From: a virus
Length of the DNA: 64,000 nt
Direction: 5' to 3' (one strand)
IMG/VR virus record: IMGVR_UViG_3300046694_000148
Span: 3,648-67,647 of that record
This document shows positions 1 to 10,677 of the stretch, piece after piece. The number at the start of each line of letters is the position of its first letter. Positions within the stretch are counted from its first letter, which is position 1. The notes under the pieces were generated by a model. That model was not told the origin of the DNA, ran no database searches, and saw only the letters and a list, made by a program, of their open reading frames with translations. Both the position numbers and the translations under genes were made by a program.

Positions 1-50
1 TCCGAAGTGCGGCCCGACCATTGAATCCTGGGTGGTCGGAAAGCTGAACG

Positions 51-635
51 ATGGCGAACTCTATCCTTGATGCCGTAGGTTTCTTCCAACGGCTTCCTGA
101 CGTGGCCGACAAGGCTGCACAACTGGCGATCAACACGGTGGCGACTCGGGGCGGTATGACCCTGGTTCGCCGCTCAATTCTCGACGAGATCGCCTTTCCC
201 AAAAACTACCTCACTGACGACCGGATCGGCGTGACCAAGAAAGCCAAACCTGGCGATCTGGAAGCCGTCATCACGGCACGCGATCGTGCGACCAGCCTGG
301 CACGTTTTGCAGCGCCAGGAACGCCTCTCGGCAGCCGTGCGCGCGTTGGCGTGCAGGTGCATGTCAAGAACAGCAACGGCGCGACGACGCTCAAGCAGGC
401 GTGGCTCACAAAGCTGCGCAACGGGAACGTTGGCCTGGCCGTGCGCCTGAAGCCGGGGCAAGCACTGAGCAACCGATACAAGGGCGTCACCGCCTGGCTG
501 GTGCCGGACAAGGTGGCGCTGCTGTACGGTCCATCCGTCGATCAGGTCTTCCGCGACGTGTCCGAGAAGTCGGCCGCGCCGGTAGGCCGCATGGTCAATG
601 AGGAATTCCTTCGACAATTTTTGAGGCTTTCATGA
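51..635 (+). CDS. Neck/tail-completion protein (lambda gpZ-like)
   Basis: 194 aa, basic, ends LYGPSVDQVF...EF.RQF.RL; lies upstream of the tail terminator and major tail genes. Confidence 0.65.
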   Translation: MANSILDAVGFFQRLPDVADKAAQLAINTVATRGGMTLVRRSILDEIAFPKNYLTDDRIGVTKKAKPGDLEAVITARDRATSLARFAAPGTPLGSRARVGVQVHVKNSNGATTLKQAWLTKLRNGNVGLAVRLKPGQALSNRYKGVTAWLVPDKVALLYGPSVDQVFRDVSEKSAAPVGRMVNEEFLRQFLRLS

Positions 636-1273
636 GCATCCCTGAAGATACTGGCGAGACGACACCTGGCACCGAAACACCACCACCACCACCGACAGGC
701 GGTGAAGTGCCGCCGCCGCCGCCCGACAGCGGCACGACGACTCCCACCCCGCCGCCCGCACGAATCGCACCGAAACGCCTGCGCGTCATCAAGGCCCTGG
801 CCGCGCTTCTCGGCTCGATCTCGACCGCCGATGGCGACAAGTTCACGATGGCCGGAAAGGTCACGTACAACCGCCTGCTGTTCGGCGCTGACGTGCAGGC
901 AAATCCGCCGATGCTGTCTATCGTGGAAGCGCCCCGCTCTGACGTGGCGTTCTACGGCGGCGAAGGCGGATCGAATCGCAGCGACAAATGGACGCTGATG
1001 ATCCAGGGCGTACTACCCGACACGAAGCGCAACGACGATCAGGACCAGGCTTACTACTTGGTGCAGGACGTGGAGCGCCGACTGTCGCGGATCAGCGCCG
1101 TCAACCCGAATTCAGGCAACGCCAAGTTTCCTGCCGACTACAACCTGGGTGATATGATCTCGGGCGTCGAGATTGCGCCGCCCGTAGTCCGGCCGCCAGA
1201 AGCAGGTGTGTCGGATCACGTTTTCTTCTACCTGCCGATTCGCGTCGGTATTTCGGTGGAGATCGGCGAGTGA
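632..1273 (+). CDS. Putative tail terminator protein with Pro-rich N-terminal extension
   Basis: ATGA overlap with previous gene; position just before the major tail gene. Confidence 0.55.
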   Translation: MSIPEDTGETTPGTETPPPPPTGGEVPPPPPDSGTTTPTPPPARIAPKRLRVIKALAALLGSISTADGDKFTMAGKVTYNRLLFGADVQANPPMLSIVEAPRSDVAFYGGEGGSNRSDKWTLMIQGVLPDTKRNDDQDQAYYLVQDVERRLSRISAVNPNSGNAKFPADYNLGDMISGVEIAPPVVRPPEAGVSDHVFFYLPIRVGISVEIGE

Positions 1274-1324
1274 AAAACTCGCAATTAGCAGCACAACTTT
1301 TTAGTCCAAAACTGGAGAATCAAA

Positions 1325-2143
1325 ATGGCTGAAGATAGCAACAACAAGCAGTATGTGATCGGCAAGGGCAAGCTGTATTTCGACCTGTTCGGGCCGGGCA
1401 CCAAGATCGGCACTGGCGAGCGTTACCTGGGCAACACCCCGGCGTTCGGTCAGTCCGTTTCGCAGGACTCGCTGGACCATGTGGACAGCGACCAGGGCCT
1501 CAACGTGAAGGACGAGTCGATCATCATCAAGAACGACCTGACCGGCTCGTTCGAGACGGACAACATCAGCGCGGAAAACGTCGCCATGTTCTTCGGCGGC
1601 GATCTGTCGCAGATGACCGTGGCTGCGGCCACCGATGTCGTCGATGCTGATCGCGTCGTGACTCGCGGTCGCACCTTCCAGATCGGTGCCGACGACGTGA
1701 CCCCGATGGGCACGAAGAAGATCACCAACGTCGTCATCAAGAAGGTGACGCCGGGCGCGCTGCCCGCCGACCCGCCGACCCTGACCGCTGTGACCCTGGC
1801 CGGTAACTTCGAGGTCGATCTGGAGCGTGCGCGTATCTATGTCGAAGTCGATGCGCCGGACGTGTCGAATGGCGACACCCTGCGCGTGACCTACGATCAG
1901 GAAGGCTACTCGCGCGAGATCATCATCGCCAAAGGTCAGCAGGTCAGCGGCGCTCTGCGCTTCCTGGCCGACAACCCGCACGGCAAGAACCGCGACTACT
2001 ACATGCCGTACGTGAAGATCACCTCGAACGGCGACTACGCCCTGAAGGGTGACGAATGGCAGAAGATGTCGTTCAACTACGAAGTGCTGAAGCGCGACGC
2101 CCGCGTCGAGCGCCAGTACATCGACGGCGCAGCGTCGGCCTAA
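1325..2143 (+). CDS. Major tail tube protein
   Basis: 272 aa, YVIGKGKLYF...ERYLGNTP N-terminus, GGAG RBS, precedes chaperone and tape measure. Confidence 0.85.
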   Translation: MAEDSNNKQYVIGKGKLYFDLFGPGTKIGTGERYLGNTPAFGQSVSQDSLDHVDSDQGLNVKDESIIIKNDLTGSFETDNISAENVAMFFGGDLSQMTVAAATDVVDADRVVTRGRTFQIGADDVTPMGTKKITNVVIKKVTPGALPADPPTLTAVTLAGNFEVDLERARIYVEVDAPDVSNGDTLRVTYDQEGYSREIIIAKGQQVSGALRFLADNPHGKNRDYYMPYVKITSNGDYALKGDEWQKMSFNYEVLKRDARVERQYIDGAASA

Positions 2144-2158
2144 AAGGGAAGCCCCGAA

Positions 2159-2581
2159 ATGTCACTGAAAGACTTCATCATTGCGACTGAAGTGGTGGCC
2201 TTTCGGGGCGGTTCCATCGAGCTTCGGGGCCTGGCCCTGAACGACGTGACCGCCCTGATACGCAATCACCTCGCCGACCTCAACCGCCTCTTCGACATGT
2301 ACGACGACGAGGAAACGCGCGCATCGGCCCTGGCTGAAGCCGCACGCTTCGCGCTGACCCTGGTGCAAGAATCGCCTGCCGTGGTGGCGAAGATGATCGC
2401 CCTGTGCTCCGACGAACCAGAACACGAAGCCACGGCCGCGCGCCTGCCGATACCTGTGCAGGTCGAAGCTGTACGCAAGATCATCGAACTGACCTTCGAG
2501 GAAGCGGGCGGCGCAAAAAAGTTTCTCGACAGCGTAACGAGCCTGGTGAAAGGGATCATGCCGCAAAGCCTGACCCCATAG
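2159..2581 (+). CDS. Tail assembly chaperone (gpG-like)
   Basis: Between major tail and tape measure; carries slippery A-AAA-AAG at 2515-2521. Confidence 0.85.
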   Translation: MSLKDFIIATEVVAFRGGSIELRGLALNDVTALIRNHLADLNRLFDMYDDEETRASALAEAARFALTLVQESPAVVAKMIALCSDEPEHEATAARLPIPVQVEAVRKIIELTFEEAGGAKKFLDSVTSLVKGIMPQSLTP

Positions 2582-2841
2582 CGCACCTGTCGCGCGCAGA
2601 GCGATTCCACAGGTCGCTCCGCGTGCAGGCGAGTCTGCTGATGGCCGAGGGCCACCTGCATGCAAACCGATACCCGCTGTCTAAACTGTGGATTGAAACC
2701 GAGATAGCACGCGAGCGAATCAATGCTCGATTGGCGTCCGAAACGGCGCTAATTCACTCAGCCATCGTTGCGGTTCTCGCGCCTGATGGTAAGGGCGTGA
2801 AAAACTTGAACCGACAACTAGAAGACCTGAACGATGGCTAA
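2159..2841 (+). CDS. Tail assembly chaperone, -1 frameshift product (gpGT-like)
   Basis: In-frame heptamer A AAA AAG (2515-2521); the -1 frame stays open to 2841 and overlaps the tape measure start. Confidence 0.8.
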
Positions 2842-5800
2842 TACCACAACCGATGTTGAACTGCGGATCAGGGCATCCAACTACTCGCGCAAAGCTGCGA
2901 AGGAAGTAGTGGATGACCTGAAGCGCATGACCGACGCACAAGATGCTCAGATCGAGGCCGCGAAGAACGGCACGGTCGCCATGCAGCAGCTTGAAAAATC
3001 CTACACCGAGATCGAGGCCGCAGCGAAGGCACTGGTCGGGCAGAACTCGCTCATCAAACTCTTCCAGGCGCAGGGCAGCGCGATCAGCGAACTCGAAGCA
3101 CGCCTGGCCGCCGCACGTAAAGCACAGCAGGACTACCAGGCCACCGCAGCACGCGGCGCGCAGGGCATGTCCTACAACGAGTTCAAGTCGAAGAACCTGG
3201 CCGACTTCACGAAGGCTGAAGGTTCGCACGCCGCCGCAATGGCGCGGATCTCGACCGAGTGGACCGCGTACAAGGCGTCGCTCGATGCCGGTAGCGAGTC
3301 GCAGGCCAAGTCGGCCGCCGAGGCGAAGAAGCTGGCGCAGGCCGTGGCCGCCACCGAAAAGGAACTCGCCCGCGCGCAGGGTCGCATCGAGACGACGAAG
3401 GCCAAGATGTCCGAGTTCGGCATCGACACCGCCGACGTGGCCGCCGCGCAGCAGAAGATCGTGGCCGCCGTCAACACCGCGAACGCCGCGCTGGAACGCC
3501 AGGAACAGGCGATCAACATGAACGACGCGCACGCGGCGCAGCGCAAGGCCGCCGCCGACGCCATCGCGCAGCGCGAGCAGCAGATCAAGGTGGATAACCA
3601 GTTCGCCGCAGCAGAGCGCGACGTGGCCGCCGCCCTCATGGCCGAGCGCCGCGCGCAGCAGGAAGCCAACGAAGCCGCCGCAATGAACCGCGCGCAGCAG
3701 CAGGCCGAAGTGGACATTCTGTTCTCGAATGCGCAGCGTCAGGCCGCCGAGGAACTGAACAAGAAGACTGCCGCGATCAACGCGCAGCGCCTCGCATTGC
3801 AGCAGGCCGCAGACCAGGCCGAGCGCATGTCGCGCGGTGCCAGCGCCACGGCACGCGGGCAAGGCCCGGTATCGACGCCGAATCTGGCCGGGCAGATCCG
3901 CGACATTCAGAACCCCGCCGATGCCGCCGTGCGCAGCGTGGCCGGTCTGGAATCGTCCATCGCTGGCCTCGAAACGCGCGTCACCGAGATCCGTGGCCCG
4001 GTGAAGAACTACCGAGAGGCGCTGGATGAGGCTACGCGGGCGCAGAGGGCGCTTTTGGACATCGCGGGCAGGGTGGATGCCTACCAGCGTCAACAAACCG
4101 CTCTGAGGGCCGCTGGAACCGATTTTGGCCGGGCGCAGGCAGCAGTGCGCGCCCTCGTGGCTGAAATGCGATCCGCTAACGCTGGCGACGACGTGACGAG
4201 CCGCCTGGCCCGCGCGCAGTCCACCCTGCAAGCCGCAGCACAGCGTCTCGGCAACGTGCGCACCGAAGCGCGCGCCATGCAGGCCGCCTTGCAAGCCGCA
4301 GGCGTGGACACGAACAACCTCACCAGCGCCGAGCAGCAGCTTGTCGCGCAGGCGAACCGCGCCACCGCCGCCGTCAACACGCTGAACGCCGCGTATCGCC
4401 GACATGGCGCTGCTGCCGACGACGCAGGCTCGCGGGTCCTCAGTTGGTTCGGCGGCTCGAATGGTCGCACCACCTTGTCCTACTTCCAGCGCATGCGTGG
4501 CGAACTGCTGGGCCTGGCTACCAGCTTTGTCGGACTCAACGCCGCAATCGAAGGCGGCAAGAAGACGCTCGACGCCTACAACAACAACCAGGCGATCTTG
4601 TCCCGCCTGACCATCGCCAACGGCGGCGACACGCGCAAGGCGGCCGACGAGTTCAAGTATCTCGAAGCGCAGGCCGACCGCATCGGCTTCGTCTTCTCCA
4701 AGATCTCCCCGGCCTACACGAAGTTCGCCATCGCAGCGCGCGAGGCGGGCTTCACCACGCAGCAGACCCACTTCGCGTTCGAGCAGATCGCCGGTTCTGC
4801 CGTGAAGGCGCGCCTCTCGACCGACGAACTAGAAGGCGTGATGAAGGCGTTCGAGCAGATGATGTCGAAGGGTACGATCCAGGCCGAAGAGTTGCGCGGC
4901 CAGCTTGGCGACCGACTGCCTGGCGCATTCCAGATCGCAGCGCGTGCCGCAAACATGACCGTCGAGCAGTTCACGAAAGCGGTCAGCGACGGCAAGATCG
5001 GTTCCGATCAGGTCATCAGCATCGCCCGCGAACTCGGCAAGACGTATGGCGCGGCGCAGGCCGGGACCGAGACGCTGCTGGTGGCGCAGGCCCGCTTCGA
5101 GAACGCGACGAACCGCTTCTTGTCGAACACCGCGAAGGGCGGCTTCGTCCAGGCGTATCAGGAACTTCTGAACAAGCTGACGACGATGCTGAACGACGGC
5201 ACCGCCGACAAATTCGCATCGGCGTTGTCCACCGCGCTCACCGCCGTGGTCGATGTGCTGAAGTTCTGCGCTGATAACGCCAATGGTCTGAAGCTGGCCT
5301 TCGAGGCGCTTATCGCGGTGAAGGTGGTGGCGTGGCTGTTCACGCTGCCCGGCCTGTTCAAGACGCTGCGCAACGAGATCATGCTTGCCCGCGCAGAGAT
5401 CGCGGCCCTCGAACTGTGGATGAACCGCGCCACTGCCGCGAACGCACTGTCGGCAGCACTCGGCGCTGGCGGACTCACTGGTGTGCTCGGCCGTCTCGCA
5501 CCTGTGCTGCGCGCCACCACCGCGCTTCTGATTGGCATGGCTCGTGCGATCCCGCAGTTCGCTCTCGCTGCCGTGGCAGGCGAAGCGATCAACTACGCTA
5601 TCGACAAGTACGACGAGAACTCGGTTGACGGCCTGGCGAAGACCATCGACGCGGGCACGCAAGCGATGAAGGAAGCGTACGCTGCGCGGGCGGCATACGA
5701 CGCTGCGCGTGGCACCAAAGACGAAGCCGCAATGAAGGCCGAGTACGACCGCAAAGCGAAGATCGCGCAGCAGGGCCAGTTCGCCGTTGACCGCGCAATC

Positions 5801-7726
5801 AGTGCAGCGCGCGATAAAAGCTGGTATCAGCAGGGCTACGGCGCGATGACCAACGACAAGGTGAAGGACGCACTCGCGCGCCGCAAAGAGTCCATCGACA
5901 ACCCGCCAGTATCGAGCGGCGCAACGCCTGATCCCGGCGATCCAGATAACTCGCGTCAAATGCTGGCGACCCTGAAGAAGAAGCTGGACACCGAAGACCA
6001 GAAGAACGAGCGCCAGTCCCGCCTCGCGCGCCTGAAGGCCGAGAAGGGCGACCTGGCCGAGCGCCTGGAGATCATCAAGGAGCCGTTCGACGAACTGCGG
6101 AAACAGTACGCCGACACGATCAAGGACACCGAGGCCAAGAACAAGGCTATCGCAATGGTCGATGCGTCGTATGCGAAGGCCGCCGCTGTCGAGCGCCAGA
6201 AGTACGCGAACGAGCAGGCCAAGAACGGCGAGTCGGCCGCGAAGCGGGCACAGACCCTCATCGAGCAGATCCGCACGCGCATCGACGAGGCGCAGAAGGA
6301 GATCGCCGACAAGGAAGCGAAGCAAGATCCGACCGAGCCGTTCGAGAAGCGCCTGGCCGCGCACGCCGCTGCTGTCGGCAAAGCGTACGACAAGATGGCG
6401 ACTGACATTGCGAAACTGCGCCCGCTCGATCCGAAGCAAGCCGCCGAGTTCGACAAGGTGCTGGCGAAGATCAAGGAGCAGCGCAAGGCTGTCGAAGACG
6501 TGAACTTCACCCGCGAAGAAGCGAACCGCCTGCTGGACGAGTACAACAAAAAGCAGGGCATCCTGAACAACAACCTGGCCGCAATCAAGGCCGAGGAAGA
6601 CAACGGGAAAATCTCGCATGGCGACGCGCTGGCGCAGGCGAACAAGCAGGTGCAGGATCTCGGTCCCGGCATCGAAGCGGCTGGCAACAAGGCCCTGGAG
6701 TTTGCGACGAAATTCGCGGATAAGCTGGACCCCACGCGCTTTGCCGAGATCGCGTCCACGATCCGTCAGGGCATGGCGAAGAACGGCACCGACGCGCAGA
6801 TCGCGCTGAACATGATGAACGCCGAGCAGACCCACCTCAACGATCTGCTGGCGGCGCAGGAACGCGAGTACGACGCGATCCATCTGAAACGGCAACTCGG
6901 ATTCATCGACGCGAATCAGGAAGTCGAGCAGATCAACTCGGTTACGGCGAAATACGCGGTCAGCATCCAGACCCTCGCGCAAAACCTGCTGAACTTCATC
7001 AGCATCGTGAAGCAGAAAGGCGGCATGACGCCCGAGCAGTTGGCCCCGATGGAAGCTGCCGCGACCAGGGTGCTCCAGACCTCGCAGGCTGGCATCGTGC
7101 AGGCGAAGGAATGGGAGACGACCCTGGTGCAGTCCATCGCGCAGAACGGCGTCACGGCGTTTGACCAGATGGCTCAGTCCATCGGCAAGGTCATCACCGG
7201 ACAGCAGGGTATCGGCGAAGGCTTCCGTGGAATGATGGCCGCGTCGGCGCAGTTCTTCGCATCGCTGCTGAAGGACATTGCGATGGCGATCCTGCGCATG
7301 CAGATCCTCAAGCTGCTGCAAGGCATGGGCGGCGGCATCGGCGGTGCGGCAACCGCGCTGCTGGGCGGACACCATACTGGCGGTATCGCTGGCGGCCAGG
7401 CCACCTTCAGCCGCGCAGTGCCGGTTTCGTCGATGGCCGGGGCGATCCGCTACCATACTGGCGGCATCGCGGGCCTGGCCCCGAACGAGGTGCCTGCGGT
7501 GCTCCAGCGCGGCGAAGAAGTCTTGACCCGCGACGATCCGCGCCACGTCCTGAACCTGGGCAAGCAAGTTGGCAGCATGGCCTCGCAAGCCGCGCAGCCG
7601 CAACGCTTCGTGCTCGTGGACGACCGCGCAATGGTGCCGCAGGCGATGGCCTCGTCGGAAGGCGAGAAGGTCACGCTGGTCCACCTGAAGAACAACCTGC
7701 CAACGCTCAAGCAGTGGCTCAGATAA
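2834..7726 (+). CDS. Tail tape measure protein (1630 aa)
   Basis: Ala/Gln-rich helical protein, tape-measure domain SKGTIQAEELRGQLGDRLPGA, C-terminal HTGG...EVPAVLQRGEEVL motif. Confidence 0.95.
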   Translation: MANTTTDVELRIRASNYSRKAAKEVVDDLKRMTDAQDAQIEAAKNGTVAMQQLEKSYTEIEAAAKALVGQNSLIKLFQAQGSAISELEARLAAARKAQQDYQATAARGAQGMSYNEFKSKNLADFTKAEGSHAAAMARISTEWTAYKASLDAGSESQAKSAAEAKKLAQAVAATEKELARAQGRIETTKAKMSEFGIDTADVAAAQQKIVAAVNTANAALERQEQAINMNDAHAAQRKAAADAIAQREQQIKVDNQFAAAERDVAAALMAERRAQQEANEAAAMNRAQQQAEVDILFSNAQRQAAEELNKKTAAINAQRLALQQAADQAERMSRGASATARGQGPVSTPNLAGQIRDIQNPADAAVRSVAGLESSIAGLETRVTEIRGPVKNYREALDEATRAQRALLDIAGRVDAYQRQQTALRAAGTDFGRAQAAVRALVAEMRSANAGDDVTSRLARAQSTLQAAAQRLGNVRTEARAMQAALQAAGVDTNNLTSAEQQLVAQANRATAAVNTLNAAYRRHGAAADDAGSRVLSWFGGSNGRTTLSYFQRMRGELLGLATSFVGLNAAIEGGKKTLDAYNNNQAILSRLTIANGGDTRKAADEFKYLEAQADRIGFVFSKISPAYTKFAIAAREAGFTTQQTHFAFEQIAGSAVKARLSTDELEGVMKAFEQMMSKGTIQAEELRGQLGDRLPGAFQIAARAANMTVEQFTKAVSDGKIGSDQVISIARELGKTYGAAQAGTETLLVAQARFENATNRFLSNTAKGGFVQAYQELLNKLTTMLNDGTADKFASALSTALTAVVDVLKFCADNANGLKLAFEALIAVKVVAWLFTLPGLFKTLRNEIMLARAEIAALELWMNRATAANALSAALGAGGLTGVLGRLAPVLRATTALLIGMARAIPQFALAAVAGEAINYAIDKYDENSVDGLAKTIDAGTQAMKEAYAARAAYDAARGTKDEAAMKAEYDRKAKIAQQGQFAVDRAISAARDKSWYQQGYGAMTNDKVKDALARRKESIDNPPVSSGATPDPGDPDNSRQMLATLKKKLDTEDQKNERQSRLARLKAEKGDLAERLEIIKEPFDELRKQYADTIKDTEAKNKAIAMVDASYAKAAAVERQKYANEQAKNGESAAKRAQTLIEQIRTRIDEAQKEIADKEAKQDPTEPFEKRLAAHAAAVGKAYDKMATDIAKLRPLDPKQAAEFDKVLAKIKEQRKAVEDVNFTREEANRLLDEYNKKQGILNNNLAAIKAEEDNGKISHGDALAQANKQVQDLGPGIEAAGNKALEFATKFADKLDPTRFAEIASTIRQGMAKNGTDAQIALNMMNAEQTHLNDLLAAQEREYDAIHLKRQLGFIDANQEVEQINSVTAKYAVSIQTLAQNLLNFISIVKQKGGMTPEQLAPMEAAATRVLQTSQAGIVQAKEWETTLVQSIAQNGVTAFDQMAQSIGKVITGQQGIGEGFRGMMAASAQFFASLLKDIAMAILRMQILKLLQGMGGGIGGAATALLGGHHTGGIAGGQATFSRAVPVSSMAGAIRYHTGGIAGLAPNEVPAVLQRGEEVLTRDDPRHVLNLGKQVGSMASQAAQPQRFVLVDDRAMVPQAMASSEGEKVTLVHLKNNLPTLKQWLR

Positions 7727-7739
7727 GGAGAAAATAGTA

Positions 7740-9401
7740 ATGCTGCGCACCCCCTTCGACTTCACCATCGACCCGCCATCGGAATTCGGCGAGAAGATGG
7801 TGTCGGTGGCAGATCCAATCGGTTCGGCAGGGGGTGCTCGCACCTTTTACCTGTCGCGCCGGTTCAACTTCACCGAAGGCATCTACACCTTCATCATGAC
7901 GGCCGACGACGCGGCGACGCTGTGGCTCGGTACGTCGCAGTTCGACAGCCGCGTGATCGCGTCCTGCACCCTGGCCGAGCCGAGCATGGCCGCTCAGTAC
8001 ATTCCGCAGGGCGAGTATCGCATCGACGTGATCCTGCAAAACCTGCCTGTCGCGCCGACGCCGTGCTACTTCACCCTGGTCATCCTCGACGCCGAGGGCA
8101 AGACCGTCTACGCATCGGATAAAACCGACTGGCTGCTGGACGACACCGCGATCAGCGACGACGACATTCCCGAAACCGACGACGTGCGCTTCAGCCTGCC
8201 GGTGTTCTCGCTTCTGCCGAACTGGGAAAGCGGCATCACCGAGCGCCTGGTCTGGATGACGGATCTGATGGCGAGCGAGACGGACGCCGAGCAGCGCCGG
8301 TCAGTGCGCCGCAACGCGCGCCGTCAGTTCGAGGCATCGTTCTTGCGCCAGCGCGCGCAACGTGGCCGCCTCGACTCGTTCTTCGTCGGTGTCGGTGCAT
8401 CGAGCTTCATGGTGCCGCTGTGGCACGAACAGGTCCGCATGACGGACGGCATCGACATGGAAGCGACAGGCGTGACCCTGGACCACATCGAAATGCGCGA
8501 GTTCCGCAAAGGCGATCTGGTCTTCGTGAACAACGGCGACCCCGACGACTTCGACATCTTGCAGGTCGGTGACATCGAGGCCACGCGCTTCTCGTGGGCC
8601 TTCCCGCCGAGGCGTACCTGGCCGGTCGGCACCCGCATCTATCCGATGCGCCAGGCCCGCATCTATTCCCAGCCGCCGCAGATGACGAACATCACTGACA
8701 CGGTGGCGCGCGCTCAAGTCCTTTTCGACCTCGACGAGCCTTACTACGTCGAAGCATCGTTCGGATCAAACGCGGGCGGCCAACCACTGTTCCGCTTTTC
8801 GCCTGACTGGACGGACGGCCTCACCGTGGACTACTCGCGCAAGTCGTACACCCTGGACAATCAGAGCGGATCGCCATACGTGATCGACCACGGCAAGTTC
8901 ACCACGACGGCCACGCAGGCGAAACTGCGGCTGTTCGGGCGCACGCAGGCATTCGCGTTCCGGCAGTTCATCCAGGCGGCGCGCGGCCGGTCCAAGAAAT
9001 TCATGTGCCCGACCTTCACGAGCGACGTGTACCCGCGCGGCGACATCGACGGTGGCAACCTGCTGAAGATCCACGCGCAGGGCTTCCGCGAGGCCATGTC
9101 TTCGCCGCAGCCGCTTCGCACGATGCTGGCCTTCCAGTTCTACAACGGCGCGCCTACGATCTATCGCAACGTGGTCGATGCGCACGCCGAGTACGACGGC
9201 CTGAAATCCGTGGGCGAGACGCTTACCCTGGACGGCGCGCTGCCGTCGATTAAACTCGCGGACCTCAAGCGGATCTCGTTCGTCGTTGAGACACGGTTCG
9301 ATCAGGACCAGATCGAGATCCACCACCCGGCAACCAATCAGGTGAGCATCGACGTGGCCGTCGTGCTGCACCAGTTCAGCGACAAGAGGATTGCGCAATG
9401 A
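7740..9401 (+). CDS. Distal tail (Dit-like) protein with N-terminal PA14-like domain
   Basis: Directly after TMP; PNW...ITERL.W.TD...EQRR core; N-terminal YTFIMTADDAATLW motif. Confidence 0.65.
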   Translation: MLRTPFDFTIDPPSEFGEKMVSVADPIGSAGGARTFYLSRRFNFTEGIYTFIMTADDAATLWLGTSQFDSRVIASCTLAEPSMAAQYIPQGEYRIDVILQNLPVAPTPCYFTLVILDAEGKTVYASDKTDWLLDDTAISDDDIPETDDVRFSLPVFSLLPNWESGITERLVWMTDLMASETDAEQRRSVRRNARRQFEASFLRQRAQRGRLDSFFVGVGASSFMVPLWHEQVRMTDGIDMEATGVTLDHIEMREFRKGDLVFVNNGDPDDFDILQVGDIEATRFSWAFPPRRTWPVGTRIYPMRQARIYSQPPQMTNITDTVARAQVLFDLDEPYYVEASFGSNAGGQPLFRFSPDWTDGLTVDYSRKSYTLDNQSGSPYVIDHGKFTTTATQAKLRLFGRTQAFAFRQFIQAARGRSKKFMCPTFTSDVYPRGDIDGGNLLKIHAQGFREAMSSPQPLRTMLAFQFYNGAPTIYRNVVDAHAEYDGLKSVGETLTLDGALPSIKLADLKRISFVVETRFDQDQIEIHHPATNQVSIDVAVVLHQFSDKRIAQ

Positions 9402-10213
9402 GTTTTGCAGTTATCGAGACAAGCAACGACGGCGGACGCCCCGTTTATCTTTATGCCTTCGCCATCGGATCGGCGACTTTCCGGTACACCTCGGCCGACA
9501 CGGATCTCACCGTGGACGGCTATCTGTGGAAGTCGGTAGCCATCGAAGACGACGGCGTAAAACTGACCGGCGACGCGAACACGGACGGCCTGACTATCAC
9601 CGCGCCGAACACCATCGCGCCGGTCCAGATGTTCTACGGCACGCCACCGTCGATGTCGATCATGGTCCGCATCTTCCACTACCACGAAGGCGACTCGCAG
9701 TCGGTACTCGGCTACATGGGCGAACTGCTTCAGGTGAATCAGCCGCAGCCAGGTACAGCAACCCTCACCTGCGGCACGATCAGCGCGTCGATGCAACGCG
9801 ACGGCCTGCGTCTCGGCTGGCAGCGGACGTGCCCGTATGCCCTCTTCGACCCGCTGAACTGCAAGGTGGACAAGACCGCTTTCGGCCAGCAGGTGATCGT
9901 GAAGGACGTGGTGGGCAGCACCGTCGAATTCCAGGGGATGACCGGCGCTGACGGCAAGTTCGACGGCGGCTTCATCCAATGGGAACACCCCTCGCGCGGC
10001 ACCGAATTCCTGGGCATCGAGCAGCAGATGGGCATCACCTGCGAAATGTTCGGCATGACCGACGCTCTATACTACGGCCTCAAAGCGACTGCGTACCCCG
10101 GCTGTGATCGAACGGTGGCAACGTGCGCGTCGAAATTCAACAATCTGGACAACCACGGCGGCGTGCCTGACCTTCCCGGCAAGTCACCCTTCGATGGAGA
10201 TCCAGTTTTCTAG
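9398..10213 (+). CDS. Tail-tip assembly protein (DUF2163/BR0599-like, Cys-containing)
   Basis: CPYALFD..C and PGCDRT..TC..KFNNLDNHGG.P motifs. Confidence 0.85.
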   Translation: MSFAVIETSNDGGRPVYLYAFAIGSATFRYTSADTDLTVDGYLWKSVAIEDDGVKLTGDANTDGLTITAPNTIAPVQMFYGTPPSMSIMVRIFHYHEGDSQSVLGYMGELLQVNQPQPGTATLTCGTISASMQRDGLRLGWQRTCPYALFDPLNCKVDKTAFGQQVIVKDVVGSTVEFQGMTGADGKFDGGFIQWEHPSRGTEFLGIEQQMGITCEMFGMTDALYYGLKATAYPGCDRTVATCASKFNNLDNHGGVPDLPGKSPFDGDPVF

Positions 10214-10225
10214 GGAGTCTTTAAA

Positions 10226-10462
10226 GTGACAATCGGCTGGGCAATTTTCATGCTGGTTGCGTCGTACATCATCAGCTACGCGACGCAACCGAAACAAGAA
10301 GGTGCAAAGCCGACCGCATTCGAGGACATCGACTTCCCGCAGGCCAACGAGGGCACGCCGCAAGCCGTGATCTTCGGCGACTGCTGGTCGGGCGATTGGA
10401 TGGTCCTCGCGGTCGGCAACTACAGGGTCGAAGAGATCCACGCGGGCGGGGGCAAGAAGTGA
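10226..10462 (+). CDS. Small tail assembly protein
   Basis: 78 aa, hydrophobic N-terminus, FPQA.EGTP..VIFGD motif. Confidence 0.75.
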   Translation: MTIGWAIFMLVASYIISYATQPKQEGAKPTAFEDIDFPQANEGTPQAVIFGDCWSGDWMVLAVGNYRVEEIHAGGGKK

Positions 10463-10677
10463 CGACCGTTCGCATCCGACATGTTCGCCAGGCCAATCTC
10501 TGCGCAAGCGGAACGCGCGCCTGGTTCCAACGATACAACATCGACTACACGCACTTCCTCAAGCACGGCATCGACGCCGAAGTTCTCATCGCTACGGGCG
10601 ATCACTTCGCGCATGTGGTCGTCGAGAAAGCGAAGGCGGAAGAAGGCGCACAACTGAAAGAGGCGAAGAATGGGTAA
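10459..10677 (+). CDS. Small tail-associated protein
   Basis: GTG start overlapping previous stop; C..G.RAWF...ID...FL..GI motif. Confidence 0.7.
   Translation: MTTVRIRHVRQANLCASGTRAWFQRYNIDYTHFLKHGIDAEVLIATGDHFAHVVVEKAKAEEGAQLKEAKNG

Noticed and set aside
2720-7843. Long antisense ORFs (683 aa, 1004 aa) and similar ones such as 48658-50994 and 10592-12247
   Set aside because: Shadow frames of GC-rich genes; they fully overlap confident genes and lack RBS or motifs.
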